Below, piece by piece: positions 19,027 through 27,220 of a stretch of DNA of 64,000 bases. The notes beneath the pieces are model-generated. The model saw only the letters and a program-made list of their open reading frames with translations, made no database searches and was not told where the DNA came from. The stretch comes from a virus (Duplodnaviria > Caudoviricetes): the IMG/VR virus record IMGVR_UViG_3300032312_001822, positions 26,596-90,595 of that record; one strand, given 5' to 3'. Each line of letters opens with the position of its first letter. Position 1 is the stretch's first letter. The translations under genes and the position numbers were made by a program.

Positions 19027-19057
19027 GTGCCTCATAACCACTTATTATTTTAATTAT
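19023..19057 (+). ncRNA. Anti-start-codon hairpin, copy 2
   Basis: ATAAGTG-cctcataac-CACTTAT followed by TATTTTAATTAT; the A-T pair of copy 1 is G-C here. Confidence 0.6.
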
Positions 19058-19065
19058 ATTTTGTT

Positions 19066-19088
19066 AAAGCTCCTTATTAAGGGGCTTT
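19066..19088 (+). terminator. Terminator-like hairpin overlapping the next promoter
   Basis: AAAGCTCCTT-att-AAGGGGCTTT. Confidence 0.6.
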
Positions 19089-19141
19089 GGCTTTCTAAAT
19101 TATAATTCGTATATTTAAGTATAATTAAAAAATAAAATGTT

Positions 19142-19378
19142 ATGATGAGTTTTAAATTGCAAGATGAAGCAAATGGGTCTTTTAAAATATTTGATTTAAG
19201 ACAAGCTATAGGTAGAGAATTTAGTGATAATCACTCTCCAACTTTAAGGAGTAAATTATTAGAAGTAAGTGATTGTGGGAATGTTTGTACTGTAATTAGT
19301 GTAGAAGCCTATAATAAACAAGGGGGTAAAGTAAGTAAACAACCTTCTTATTTAACTTGGAATGCCTTATTTTATTAA
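19142..19378 (+). CDS. Hypothetical early protein
   Basis: Promoter at 19086; GTTATG start. Confidence 0.7.
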   Translation: MMSFKLQDEANGSFKIFDLRQAIGREFSDNHSPTLRSKLLEVSDCGNVCTVISVEAYNKQGGKVSKQPSYLTWNALFY

Positions 19379-19435
19379 AATTTGGCTTTTATAGGTCAGC
19401 TTCGTATATTAAAGTATAATTAAAAATTAAATGTT

Positions 19436-19561
19436 ATGAAAAAAATAGTATTGTTAGGAGTTATTTATTGGGAAGTAGAAATTGGAGGGGTAACTCATAT
19501 GTCATTCAACCCTCAAGAATTAGTTGTAAAAATGGCCTCAATGGGTTTAAGTTTAAATTAA
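19436..19561 (+). CDS. Small early protein (41 aa, not in track)
   Basis: MKKIVLLGVIYWEVEIGG...; promoter at 19381. Confidence 0.55.
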   Translation: MKKIVLLGVIYWEVEIGGVTHMSFNPQELVVKMASMGLSLN

Positions 19562-19573
19562 AAATATAAAGTT

Positions 19574-19792
19574 ATGAGTTTACATTCAGTTTACATATGT
19601 GAAGATTTTGAAATTGGTAATGGTATTTTAACTATTTGGGATGCCAAAGAAGTAGCTAAGGTAAAAGATATAGATGGTTTTAATAGAATTAATGAAATTC
19701 TAATTTCTGAAACGGGAGTATTACCTAATGGAATTATATGTCCTAATTTATTTCATAATTCTGGATTTTTTGATATTATACTTTTTGAATAA
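19574..19792 (+). CDS. Hypothetical early protein
   Basis: AAAGTTATG start. Confidence 0.65.
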   Translation: MSLHSVYICEDFEIGNGILTIWDAKEVAKVKDIDGFNRINEILISETGVLPNGIICPNLFHNSGFFDIILFE

Positions 19793-19849
19793 TATTTGGC
19801 TTTTATAAGTCAGCTTCGTATATTAGGGTATAATTAAAAATATAAAGTT

Positions 19850-20152
19850 ATGACAAAGAAAGAAAGATTAAGATTAAATACAGTTCATGTAATTGAAATG
19901 GTACAAAAGAATTTTGAAGTAAGTACTGATTTTTGTGATGATGAAGGTCATGGTTATTTTACTTTTGGGGTAATGAAAGATGGAGTAGAATACTTATTTG
20001 ATTTAAGTAGAAGAGATTTTAGTGTTATTATCCATAAAATAAGAGGTGAAAAAGATTATGAAATTGGAGCTGATTTGGAGGCTGAATTAGAAAGATTTAT
20101 TTTCTTAGAATTAGAAATTTCAAACGCCCGTATTGATAATATGATTAAATAA
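19850..20152 (+). CDS. Hypothetical early protein
   Basis: Promoter at 19795. Confidence 0.75.
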   Translation: MTKKERLRLNTVHVIEMVQKNFEVSTDFCDDEGHGYFTFGVMKDGVEYLFDLSRRDFSVIIHKIRGEKDYEIGADLEAELERFIFLELEISNARIDNMIK

Positions 20153-20217
20153 TATAATTTGGCTTTATTAAATTAAATTCGTATATTATAGTATAATAAT
20201 TAAAAATATAAAATGTT

Positions 20218-20583
20218 ATGGCAACAAGATCAAGAATCGGAATCGAAAATGAAAATGGTACAATTAGTTCAATTTATTGTCATGGGGATGGTTACCCAGA
20301 TGGTGTAGGGGCAACTTTAGAAGAACATTACTCCAATAGACAAAAATTAAGAATGTTAATCAATTTAGGTGACATTAGTATTTTAGGAGAACATGTAGCA
20401 ACAATGGATGAACACTCTTTTGATAATAGAAAAGAAGGTGTTACAGTAGCTTACCATAGAGATAGAGGTGAAGAAAAACGAGAAGCAAGAGAAGATAGCT
20501 CATTAGATTCATTTTTAAAATCCGGATATGAACAATATGGTTATGTTTATACTAAGGATGAAAAATGGGTAATGTTTGAATAA
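20218..20583 (+). CDS. Conserved phage early protein (MATRSRIG...YCHxDGYP family)
   Basis: Family motif recognised; promoter at 20158. Confidence 0.8.
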   Translation: MATRSRIGIENENGTISSIYCHGDGYPDGVGATLEEHYSNRQKLRMLINLGDISILGEHVATMDEHSFDNRKEGVTVAYHRDRGEEKREAREDSSLDSFLKSGYEQYGYVYTKDEKWVMFE

Positions 20584-20589
20584 TAAAAA

Positions 20590-20610
20590 GGGGCTTCGGC
20601 CCCCATATTA
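20590..20610 (+). terminator. Terminator-like hairpin
   Basis: GGGGC-ttcg-GCCCC with an AU-rich tail. Confidence 0.7.
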
Positions 20611-20665
20611 TTTGGCTCCTATATATATATTTCGTATATTATAGTATAATTAAAAATATAGAGTT

Positions 20666-20839
20666 ATGACACAAGAAGAAATGAATACCGAAAATGCTTT
20701 AGTAAATGAGAAATATGAAGTGATTAGAAAATTAGATGCTTACTTACATATTGAGTCTTTTAATAGAACTAAATTAACAAGTGAAATGTTAAAGGAGTTA
20801 AGAGGTAAAATTGACGAAATGTTATTATCCGATTTTTAA
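20666..20839 (+). CDS. Small early protein (57 aa, not in track)
   Basis: MTQEEMNTENALVNEKY...; promoter at 20611. Confidence 0.65.
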   Translation: MTQEEMNTENALVNEKYEVIRKLDAYLHIESFNRTKLTSEMLKELRGKIDEMLLSDF

Positions 20840-20898
20840 TATTTGGCTTTTAAGATTATTATTCGTATATTAAGGTATAATTAAAAAGATAAATTGTT

Positions 20899-21120
20899 AT
20901 GAAAGTAAAAGATTTAATTAAGTTTTTAAGTGAACAAGATCAAAATTTAGAAGTAGTTATTAAATATATTGATCCTTCAAATTGGAATTATGAATTACCT
21001 TTAAGAGCTCAAGATGTTTATGTGGACGAAGTATTTGAGGTGGATGAAGCTAATTTAGAAGAGGGTCAATCTATTGAATCAGGGGATGAGTGTTTGGTAA
21101 TTGAATTAAGTTTTGAATAA
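20899..21120 (+). CDS. Acidic early protein
   Basis: MKVKDLIKFLSEQDQNLEVVI; promoter at 20842. Confidence 0.75.
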   Translation: MKVKDLIKFLSEQDQNLEVVIKYIDPSNWNYELPLRAQDVYVDEVFEVDEANLEEGQSIESGDECLVIELSFE

Positions 21121-21126
21121 CATATT

Positions 21127-21231
21127 ATGAAAGAGAAATTATATATTGTTGATGGATTTGAAATATGGGCGGATAGTGAAGCCGGGGCTATTGAAAAATA
21201 TAGATTATGGTGTTTACCATGTTGGGATTAA
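21127..21231 (+). CDS. Tiny ORF (34 aa, not in track)
   Basis: MKEKLYIVDGFEIWADSEAGAIEKYRLWCLPCWD. Confidence 0.45.
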   Translation: MKEKLYIVDGFEIWADSEAGAIEKYRLWCLPCWD

Positions 21232-21291
21232 TATTTGGCTTTTAAAATTATATTTCGTATATTATAGTATAATAATTAAAAATAATATGTT

Positions 21292-21468
21292 ATGGAAAGT
21301 AGATTTGGTATTGAATTAGAGGTATTAGAAAAAGCATTACAAAATATGATCAGTGAAGGTTATATGGGTAAAGATGATACAATTGAAGATTTAGAAGATT
21401 TAGCTTATACATCTTGTGAAGGATTAGCTTGGTACGCCAAATCTAAAATATATGATTGGGCAAATTAA
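21292..21468 (+). CDS. Small acidic early protein (58 aa, not in track)
   Basis: MESRFGIELEVLEKALQ...; promoter at 21234. Confidence 0.65.
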   Translation: MESRFGIELEVLEKALQNMISEGYMGKDDTIEDLEDLAYTSCEGLAWYAKSKIYDWAN

Positions 21469-21527
21469 TATTTGGCCTTTAAAAATATTATTCGTATATT
21501 AAGGTATAATTAAAAAGATAAATTGTT

Positions 21528-21695
21528 ATGGAAAATCAAGTTACAGAATTAGAGTTAATGTTCATTAGGTTAGAAAGATTAGAATTACAATTAGTGGAAA
21601 ACGATGTAATAGAAGATGGAGACATGATAAGTGAAGCATTGGGTGAATTGAAAGAGAGATTGTATGACAAAATAAGAGAAGTGAGCAACGAATAA
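21528..21695 (+). CDS. Small acidic early protein (55 aa, not in track)
   Basis: MENQVTELELMFIRLERLE...; promoter at 21471. Confidence 0.65.
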   Translation: MENQVTELELMFIRLERLELQLVENDVIEDGDMISEALGELKERLYDKIREVSNE

Positions 21696-21705
21696 AATTC
21701 AGTAT

Positions 21706-21813
21706 ATGAAACCAATAATATTCTATCATACGGAGAAAGAGACATGGGTAAAAGTAGATGAAATACTCACCGGGGAAACGATCATTTCCTCACCCGTTTC
21801 ACCCCTCACATAA
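21706..21813 (+). CDS. Tiny ORF (35 aa)
   Basis: MKPIIFYHTEKETWVKVDEILTGE... Confidence 0.35.
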   Translation: MKPIIFYHTEKETWVKVDEILTGETIISSPVSPLT

Positions 21814-22160
21814 TGTGACAAATTGGAATTAATATACCCTAACAAGTAATGGGATATGGATATTGGGATATAGGGATAGTATAGTATGTGGAAAATAGAT
21901 TATATGGGATGTGGAGATACTAGGGCAGGGTACGTGACTTCATTGAGGTGGAAGGCCAAGCCTTACTCGAACAGAGGAGTATATACCTTACCCTAAATAA
22001 TGTTTTAAAACGCTGATTATACCCTGAAAAATAAATGTTAAAATGTTTGGCTTAGTTAAAAAGGTTTTATAAATTAAATTAAAAAAGGGTTTTAAACGCT
22101 GCCATGTTGTGAACCTAAAGTAGACGCGGCCCCACTCCCCCGGGGCCCCTACTTAAATTT
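21814..22160. other. Non-coding G-skewed/GC-rich tract
   Basis: GGGATA-like repeats at 21851, 21865, 21873 and 21906; GTTTTAAA(A)CGCTG at 22002 and 22089; GGCCCC-N8-GGGGCC hairpin at 22128-22147. Confidence 0.6.
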
Positions 22161-22219
22161 TGTTTGGCTATTGGAAAATTGCTTCGTATATTATAGCATA
22201 ATTAAAAAAATAAAACGTT

Positions 22220-22507
22220 ATGACAAAGCAAGAATTTTTATCGGGTAAGTGTTTTACAATTGGGGCTCCGACTTATAAGGGTGCTAACACCTATAGCTAT
22301 TATAAAAGTGATAGGAATGAGGGTTGTATAATGAGACAATCAAGATCATCATTAGACAATAGAATAGTATTAAATGATTATGAGTGTAACGCTCCAACAG
22401 TGGGGTCAAAATCGTTTACTGGATTTACTTACGTAATGAAAAAGAAAGTAGTGGTTAAATACAGGTTTGAGGACCTAATATTGTTTGAGGAAACTGTAGG
22501 GGAGTAA
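22220..22507 (+). CDS. Hypothetical early protein
   Basis: Promoter at 22163; GTTATG start. Confidence 0.7.
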   Translation: MTKQEFLSGKCFTIGAPTYKGANTYSYYKSDRNEGCIMRQSRSSLDNRIVLNDYECNAPTVGSKSFTGFTYVMKKKVVVKYRFEDLILFEETVGE

Positions 22508-22541
22508 ATCCCCTGCATAGTTATAGAGAAAATCTATAGCA

Positions 22542-22775
22542 ATGAACATAACTAAACAACTAAGTGGGTTAAGCACCCGTCTAAACGAATTACTTGAGGA
22601 TATGGACCGAATAATGGACTATATCGATAATGACGAATTATATAACGAGATAGACAATAATGTCAAATCTCAGCTGGAAAACGCAGTTACGCACCTAGAT
22701 ATCGCAGTTGACGACCTTAATGACGGAATGTATGAAGATACGCCCGTGGACGAAGAAGATTTAGATTGGGATTAG
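22542..22775 (+). CDS. Highly acidic small protein
   Basis: 77 aa, Asp/Glu-rich, helical; locally more C/G-ending codons. Confidence 0.6.
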   Translation: MNITKQLSGLSTRLNELLEDMDRIMDYIDNDELYNEIDNNVKSQLENAVTHLDIAVDDLNDGMYEDTPVDEEDLDWD

Positions 22776-23116
22776 AAAAGAATGATTTTGTATCCTTACA
22801 GTTCGGACCCGTTCGGTAATGGATTAAAAACGTATAGCCACGCGTCGTTGCTGTCCATCGACGGATCCGCGGGATCACAGGACAAGATTATGGTGATAAG
22901 AGATCGAAAACACTCTTTACCCAACCCCCTTGTATATACAAATATATATGAGTTTCAAATAACCCCTTTGATATAAGATTCATAAGGGTTAAAAAAAGAG
23001 ATCTTAAAAAGATTTTACCAAATAAAAAAGTATATACAAAATAAATGGGGAGTGGTTTGGCTTCCCAATTTCTGTTTCGTATATTGTTACATAATAATAA
23101 TAAAAACAAATAGGTT

Positions 23117-23782
23117 ATGTTAAAATTAAAAAATCTTTTCTTAGTAATTCTTTTAGGAATTAGTTTTATCTCATGTACTCCAGAAGACATAAGAGATAAT
23201 TGCCCATGTGTAGATGGAAATTGTGACGCATCATTTTATATAGATGTAATACAAAATCCAGGTTCGTATCAAGATGCTCAGGGTGTATGGCATGTTAAAT
23301 GGTCAGGTTTACATTACTTTAGAATTAAAGGTCAAACAGATCAATTAGATCCAGAGTATGTAGTAAATGGAGTGCCATTAATTGAAACGGGTTATGATTC
23401 AAATTTCTTTTACACACCATCAGGTATTACATGGACGTTTCCATTATATTCATATTTAGGAGTTTTTTCCAATAATAACTTAACAAATCCAATTCCAATA
23501 GGTAATGGTACATATACTTTACCTCAAATAGTAGGTGACACTAGTGTTTCTAATTTAGCCGGGTATGAGATTAACAGGTACTTCAACTTTAATCACCCGG
23601 CTGCGAAAACAATGCTCCAAACTTACTCTAAATACAATTATAATCCAGTTCAACAAATGCCTTTTCATCAGGGTATGATTGGTAAAACAGCTGATATATA
23701 CATTCGAGTTTTATTTAATTCTGATTTTTCGGGTCCCACTCAGGAGCGTTTATATAAATTAACTGTTAAATTTGAGCAATAA
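23117..23782 (+). CDS. Putative lipoprotein
   Basis: Signal MLKLKNLFLVILLGISFIS-C with lipobox; early promoter at 23056. Confidence 0.75.
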   Translation: MLKLKNLFLVILLGISFISCTPEDIRDNCPCVDGNCDASFYIDVIQNPGSYQDAQGVWHVKWSGLHYFRIKGQTDQLDPEYVVNGVPLIETGYDSNFFYTPSGITWTFPLYSYLGVFSNNNLTNPIPIGNGTYTLPQIVGDTSVSNLAGYEINRYFNFNHPAAKTMLQTYSKYNYNPVQQMPFHQGMIGKTADIYIRVLFNSDFSGPTQERLYKLTVKFEQ

Positions 23783-24408
23783 TGTCTGAGGTAATTTCAA
23801 TTCATAAAGCACTTATATTAGAAGCTCGTTCTGATATAGAGATTTACGCTACTAATAGAGTTTCATCTCCTCTAAATAAACTTCCTAATTTTAGTATTTG
23901 GAAAAACAATTGGGATGAATTAGCTTCACGTTACCATAAAATTCCTTCTCATAAATTAGCTTCATTTGTTAATTTTGATTATACTATTGAATATAAATTT
24001 AAAGAGGAAGGTGAGGAAGGTACTGTTTCTTGGGTATATATGTATGGCAAGACGCGTGCGGGTAGGGAACAGCTTGATCGTTCTTTTACTAAAGGAAAAT
24101 ATGTATACGTATTAACCAATATAGCTTACCCCGGAGTTTGCAAAATAGGAAAAGCTGTTAATCCACAAGAAAGAATAAAACAAATTAATAACGCAGGAGT
24201 GGTTTCCGAATGGGAGCTAAAGTATGCCTTACCTGTTAGTGATGATTTTTTAGTTGAAAATTTAGTTCATCAAGAATTAGCTACTTTAAGATTAAGTTCA
24301 CATCAAGGTTCATCTAGAGAGTTTTTTTCTGTAAGTTTAGAAGAAGCAATTTCTACTATAGAGAAAATGGGTTTTGAGTTTAGTACCAACCCACCAATTT
24401 ATTATTAA
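23782..24408 (+). CDS. GIY-YIG nuclease, T5orf172 type
   Basis: YVYVLTN..YPGVCKIGKAVNPQERIKQIN; E..VH; REFF. Confidence 0.85.
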   Translation: MSEVISIHKALILEARSDIEIYATNRVSSPLNKLPNFSIWKNNWDELASRYHKIPSHKLASFVNFDYTIEYKFKEEGEEGTVSWVYMYGKTRAGREQLDRSFTKGKYVYVLTNIAYPGVCKIGKAVNPQERIKQINNAGVVSEWELKYALPVSDDFLVENLVHQELATLRLSSHQGSSREFFSVSLEEAISTIEKMGFEFSTNPPIYY

Positions 24409-24424
24409 TTAAAAACTTATTATT

Positions 24425-24634
24425 ATGTTAGAATTTATTTTAATTTTACTTTTTACTTTTTTAAAATTTTATTTAATTTTAGGATGTATTTTTACTTTAT
24501 TCGCAGGATTATTTGCTTTTGCAACTAAAACTGAAAATGAATTCACTACTGGAGAGATATTTACTGTTATTTTTATTTACCCTATTGTAATTTATTATTT
24601 ATTAAACCCAGAAAAAAATGATTATGAGCAATAA
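24425..24634 (+). CDS. Small membrane protein
   Basis: Two hydrophobic helices. Confidence 0.6.
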   Translation: MLEFILILLFTFLKFYLILGCIFTLFAGLFAFATKTENEFTTGEIFTVIFIYPIVIYYLLNPEKNDYEQ

Positions 24635-24926
24635 TTTTGAGAATTTTTTAATTTCCCAAATGGAAGAAGTTATGAATTCATTTACTTCTAATCTAGAAGG
24701 AATTCTTGAAGGTGAAAATGAAATTCCACAAAATCAAAAAGAAGATATTTTAAAAGACTTATTAGATATAGTAGAAACTATTTCTCCTTATCAAGGTGTA
24801 TTAGGACCACAATTAAAGGATAAAATCAACTATATTAAACACTTATTAGACACTTCAAACGATATACATGAGGGTGAAGAGCACCCACTTAATACCACAT
24901 CTTTATCAGATATTCAAGAAAATTAA
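24618..24926 (+). CDS. Acidic hypothetical protein
   Basis: 102-aa ORF. Confidence 0.6.
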   Translation: MIMSNNFENFLISQMEEVMNSFTSNLEGILEGENEIPQNQKEDILKDLLDIVETISPYQGVLGPQLKDKINYIKHLLDTSNDIHEGEEHPLNTTSLSDIQEN

Positions 24927-25029
24927 CCTCTTTTGAAGACTTCACACAAAAGGCTTGGCTTGCAGTTTTTAATTTATTATATTAGGAGCACGGAAGAAGA
25001 TAAAACTATAATATATAAAAGATAGAAAA

Positions 25030-25338
25030 ATGAGAAAATGGGAAATGGTAGTATATGGCATCGAGGGTTGTGATTATTGCCGCGAATTAAAGAATGGATT
25101 AGGGGTAATGAACATCCCTTTCACTTACATCAATATCTCAGACAACGATGAGTTGGGAGATAAAATAGAGGATATATATAAATGTCCTGTTTACCCTATG
25201 GTTTCTCTTAGACAAGATAAAATACCTCAGCAAATAGCTTGGCTACCCGGAACTTCTTTATTACATTCCACGTCAATTCGAGTTTTCGATACAATCAATC
25301 AGTTATTAATTAATATTAAAGAAACATATGACAATTAA
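25030..25338 (+). CDS. Glutaredoxin-like protein
   Basis: VVYGIEGCDYC, IPFTYINI, cis-Pro loop VYPMV. Confidence 0.8.
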   Translation: MRKWEMVVYGIEGCDYCRELKNGLGVMNIPFTYINISDNDELGDKIEDIYKCPVYPMVSLRQDKIPQQIAWLPGTSLLHSTSIRVFDTINQLLINIKETYDN

Positions 25339-26095
25339 ATTATCAGCAGATCAAATATCAGCTAATTGGGATTTATTTATATCTAATATAGATACTTATA
25401 TCTCAGAACCAAGACGTTCACAACTTAAGACTTTCTACACTAAGTATCAAGAACGTATTATGATGATGCCAGCATCTAATAAAAAAGAATATCATTCAGC
25501 ATTCCCAGGAGGATATGTGGATCATGTTAATCGTGTAGTTTTAGGTGCAAGAAAATTGCATTCTTTATGGACAGAAATGGGTTGTGATACTTCAACTTAC
25601 ACTTTAGAAGAATTAGTATTCTCAGCTATTAACCATGATTTAGGTAAAATGGGAGATGATGAGAATGAAGCTTACATACCACAGACAGACGCGTGGAGAA
25701 AGGATAAATTAGGTGAAGACTACATGTTTAATACTAAGTTAGCATTTGCGTCGGTTCCTGATAGATCGCTGTTTTTACTTATGTCTAACGATATTAAATA
25801 TACTTTTAATGAAATGATCGCTATTCAAACTCATGATGGTTTATATGATGAAGGTAATAAAAAATATCTTATGGGTTATATGCCAGAATTAAAACCAAGA
25901 ACTGCTTTACCTTATATCTTACATCAAGCTGATATGATGGCGGCGCGTATTGAATGGGAAACTGATTATTTACCTAAATTTAAAGGAGATAAAAAAGTAG
26001 AAGTAAAATTACAACCTGCTAATAAATTTTCTATTAAAGCTCCTAAATTATCAAATCCTGACGCTCCTTTTGCTAATCTTTTAAACAATATATAA
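25328..26095 (+). CDS. HD-domain phosphohydrolase (YhaM-like)
   Basis: YHSAFPGGYVDH...NHDLGK...THDG...LHQAD. Confidence 0.85.
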   Translation: MTIKLSADQISANWDLFISNIDTYISEPRRSQLKTFYTKYQERIMMMPASNKKEYHSAFPGGYVDHVNRVVLGARKLHSLWTEMGCDTSTYTLEELVFSAINHDLGKMGDDENEAYIPQTDAWRKDKLGEDYMFNTKLAFASVPDRSLFLLMSNDIKYTFNEMIAIQTHDGLYDEGNKKYLMGYMPELKPRTALPYILHQADMMAARIEWETDYLPKFKGDKKVEVKLQPANKFSIKAPKLSNPDAPFANLLNNI

Positions 26096-26096
26096 T

Positions 26097-26378
26097 ATGG
26101 AAACAATTATTTTAATTAACGTAATAGTAATACTTGTTGGTGTAATAGGCTATATAATTTGGAATTTAATGAAGAAAGTTGAAAAACTTGAATCAATGAT
26201 TGATGTACAAGAAAGATATATAACTGATTTTTATGAATTAGTTAAACAATCTGAATTGAAAATTAAAGAAATTGATTCAAAACAGTTATTTCAATCAGAT
26301 GATGAGGTAGGTTTCTTCTTTAATAATTTAAAAACAATACAAGAGGCTTTATCTGATTATATCAAATTTATAAAATAA
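26097..26378 (+). CDS. Membrane-anchored coiled-coil protein
   Basis: N-terminal TM helix followed by heptads. Confidence 0.7.
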   Translation: METIILINVIVILVGVIGYIIWNLMKKVEKLESMIDVQERYITDFYELVKQSELKIKEIDSKQLFQSDDEVGFFFNNLKTIQEALSDYIKFIK

Positions 26379-26379
26379 C

Positions 26380-27180
26380 ATGGAAGTATTAAGTTCAGAA
26401 ATTAAGATACTTCATGTCCCTCAAGAAGAAACAGAAGTACAATATACTAAAAAAGGTACAGTAAGGAAAAGAAAGCCTAAAACTAAAAAAATGTATTTCA
26501 CTCAGGACACTGAGGACGCAATTGTAGAGTATTTAACCGCCACAGATCATTACACCCGAAATAAGATTTATAATGAAAGAATAAAATATGCTTTTCATAA
26601 ATTAACAGAAAATATAATTCACACTTTTAAATTTTATTATACAGAAGTAGAAACAATAGCTGAGCTTCAACATGAAGTTACAGCCTTTCTCCTTGAAAAA
26701 CTGCATCTCTATAATCAATCCAAAGGTAAAGCTTATTCTTATTTTGGTACTATTGCTAAACGTTATTTAATTCTTTATAATAATAAGAATTATGAGAAGC
26801 TAAAAGGTAAAGCTGGTGTAGACGCTATTGATGAAGATAAAACAATTGTAATCAATATTTTAAACTCTTCTACACCTACAGATGATCCTTTAGTTAGTGA
26901 GAATTATTTTATAGAACAGTTTATTAAATATATGGATATTCATTTATTTAGAATATTCCCTGATAAAGAAGATGCTAAGACAACTGACGCTATTATGGAG
27001 TTATTTAAACGAAGAGAAGATTTAGACATTTTTAATAAGAAAGGAATTTACATTTATATTAGAGAGATGACTAATCAAGATACTCCTCAAATAACTAAAG
27101 TAATAAAAAGTTTAAAGAAAGTATATCTTAGATTATTAAACCAATACCTAGATTATGGTTATGTTGGGTTAAACTATTAA
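26380..27180 (+). CDS. Phage-encoded sigma factor, T4 gp55-like late sigma
   Basis: Region-2-like LQHEVTAFLLEKLHLYNQSKGKAYSYFGTIAKRYLI, comparable to the gp55 AFSYFT.I motif. Confidence 0.7.
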   Translation: MEVLSSEIKILHVPQEETEVQYTKKGTVRKRKPKTKKMYFTQDTEDAIVEYLTATDHYTRNKIYNERIKYAFHKLTENIIHTFKFYYTEVETIAELQHEVTAFLLEKLHLYNQSKGKAYSYFGTIAKRYLILYNNKNYEKLKGKAGVDAIDEDKTIVINILNSSTPTDDPLVSENYFIEQFIKYMDIHLFRIFPDKEDAKTTDAIMELFKRREDLDIFNKKGIYIYIREMTNQDTPQITKVIKSLKKVYLRLLNQYLDYGYVGLNY

Positions 27181-27198
27181 GAAATTTTTATTTAATTT

Positions 27199-27207
27199 AT
27201 ATTTATA
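27199..27207 (+). promoter_or_regulatory. Putative late promoter ATATTTATA (representative)
   Basis: Copies at 6982, 8822, 27199, 30401, 33203, 40404, 46296, 48973 and 53500, each ending 3-22 nt upstream of a structural or L/I-x-E gene start. Confidence 0.75.
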
Positions 27208-27220
27208 ATAAAAATATATC

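Larger units (their letters stand above)
14737..22222 (+). repeat. Array of 18 promoter+leader repeats (~55-65 nt), each heading one or two small genes
   Basis: Consensus TTTGGCT-N13-TTCGTATATTWWRGTATAATTAAAAA..GTTATG. The -33 box starts at 14737, 14920, 15721, 15938, 16810, 17194, 17613, 17947, 18214, 19086, 19381, 19795, 20158, 20611, 20842, 21234, 21471 and 22163. Confidence 0.92.

Noticed and set aside
14737-22222. CRISPR array (regularly recurring ~35-60-nt repeat)
   Set aside because: The intervening segments are about 180-870 nt and contain ORFs, the repeats are promoter-shaped and variable, and no cas operon is present. The RecB/Cas4-like exonuclease at 48208 sits beside the primase.
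22782-22976. ORF MILYPYSSDPFG...
   Set aside because: It lies in the CpG-rich, palindrome-containing junction with atypical codon usage, and has no promoter or leader. It is probably non-coding.
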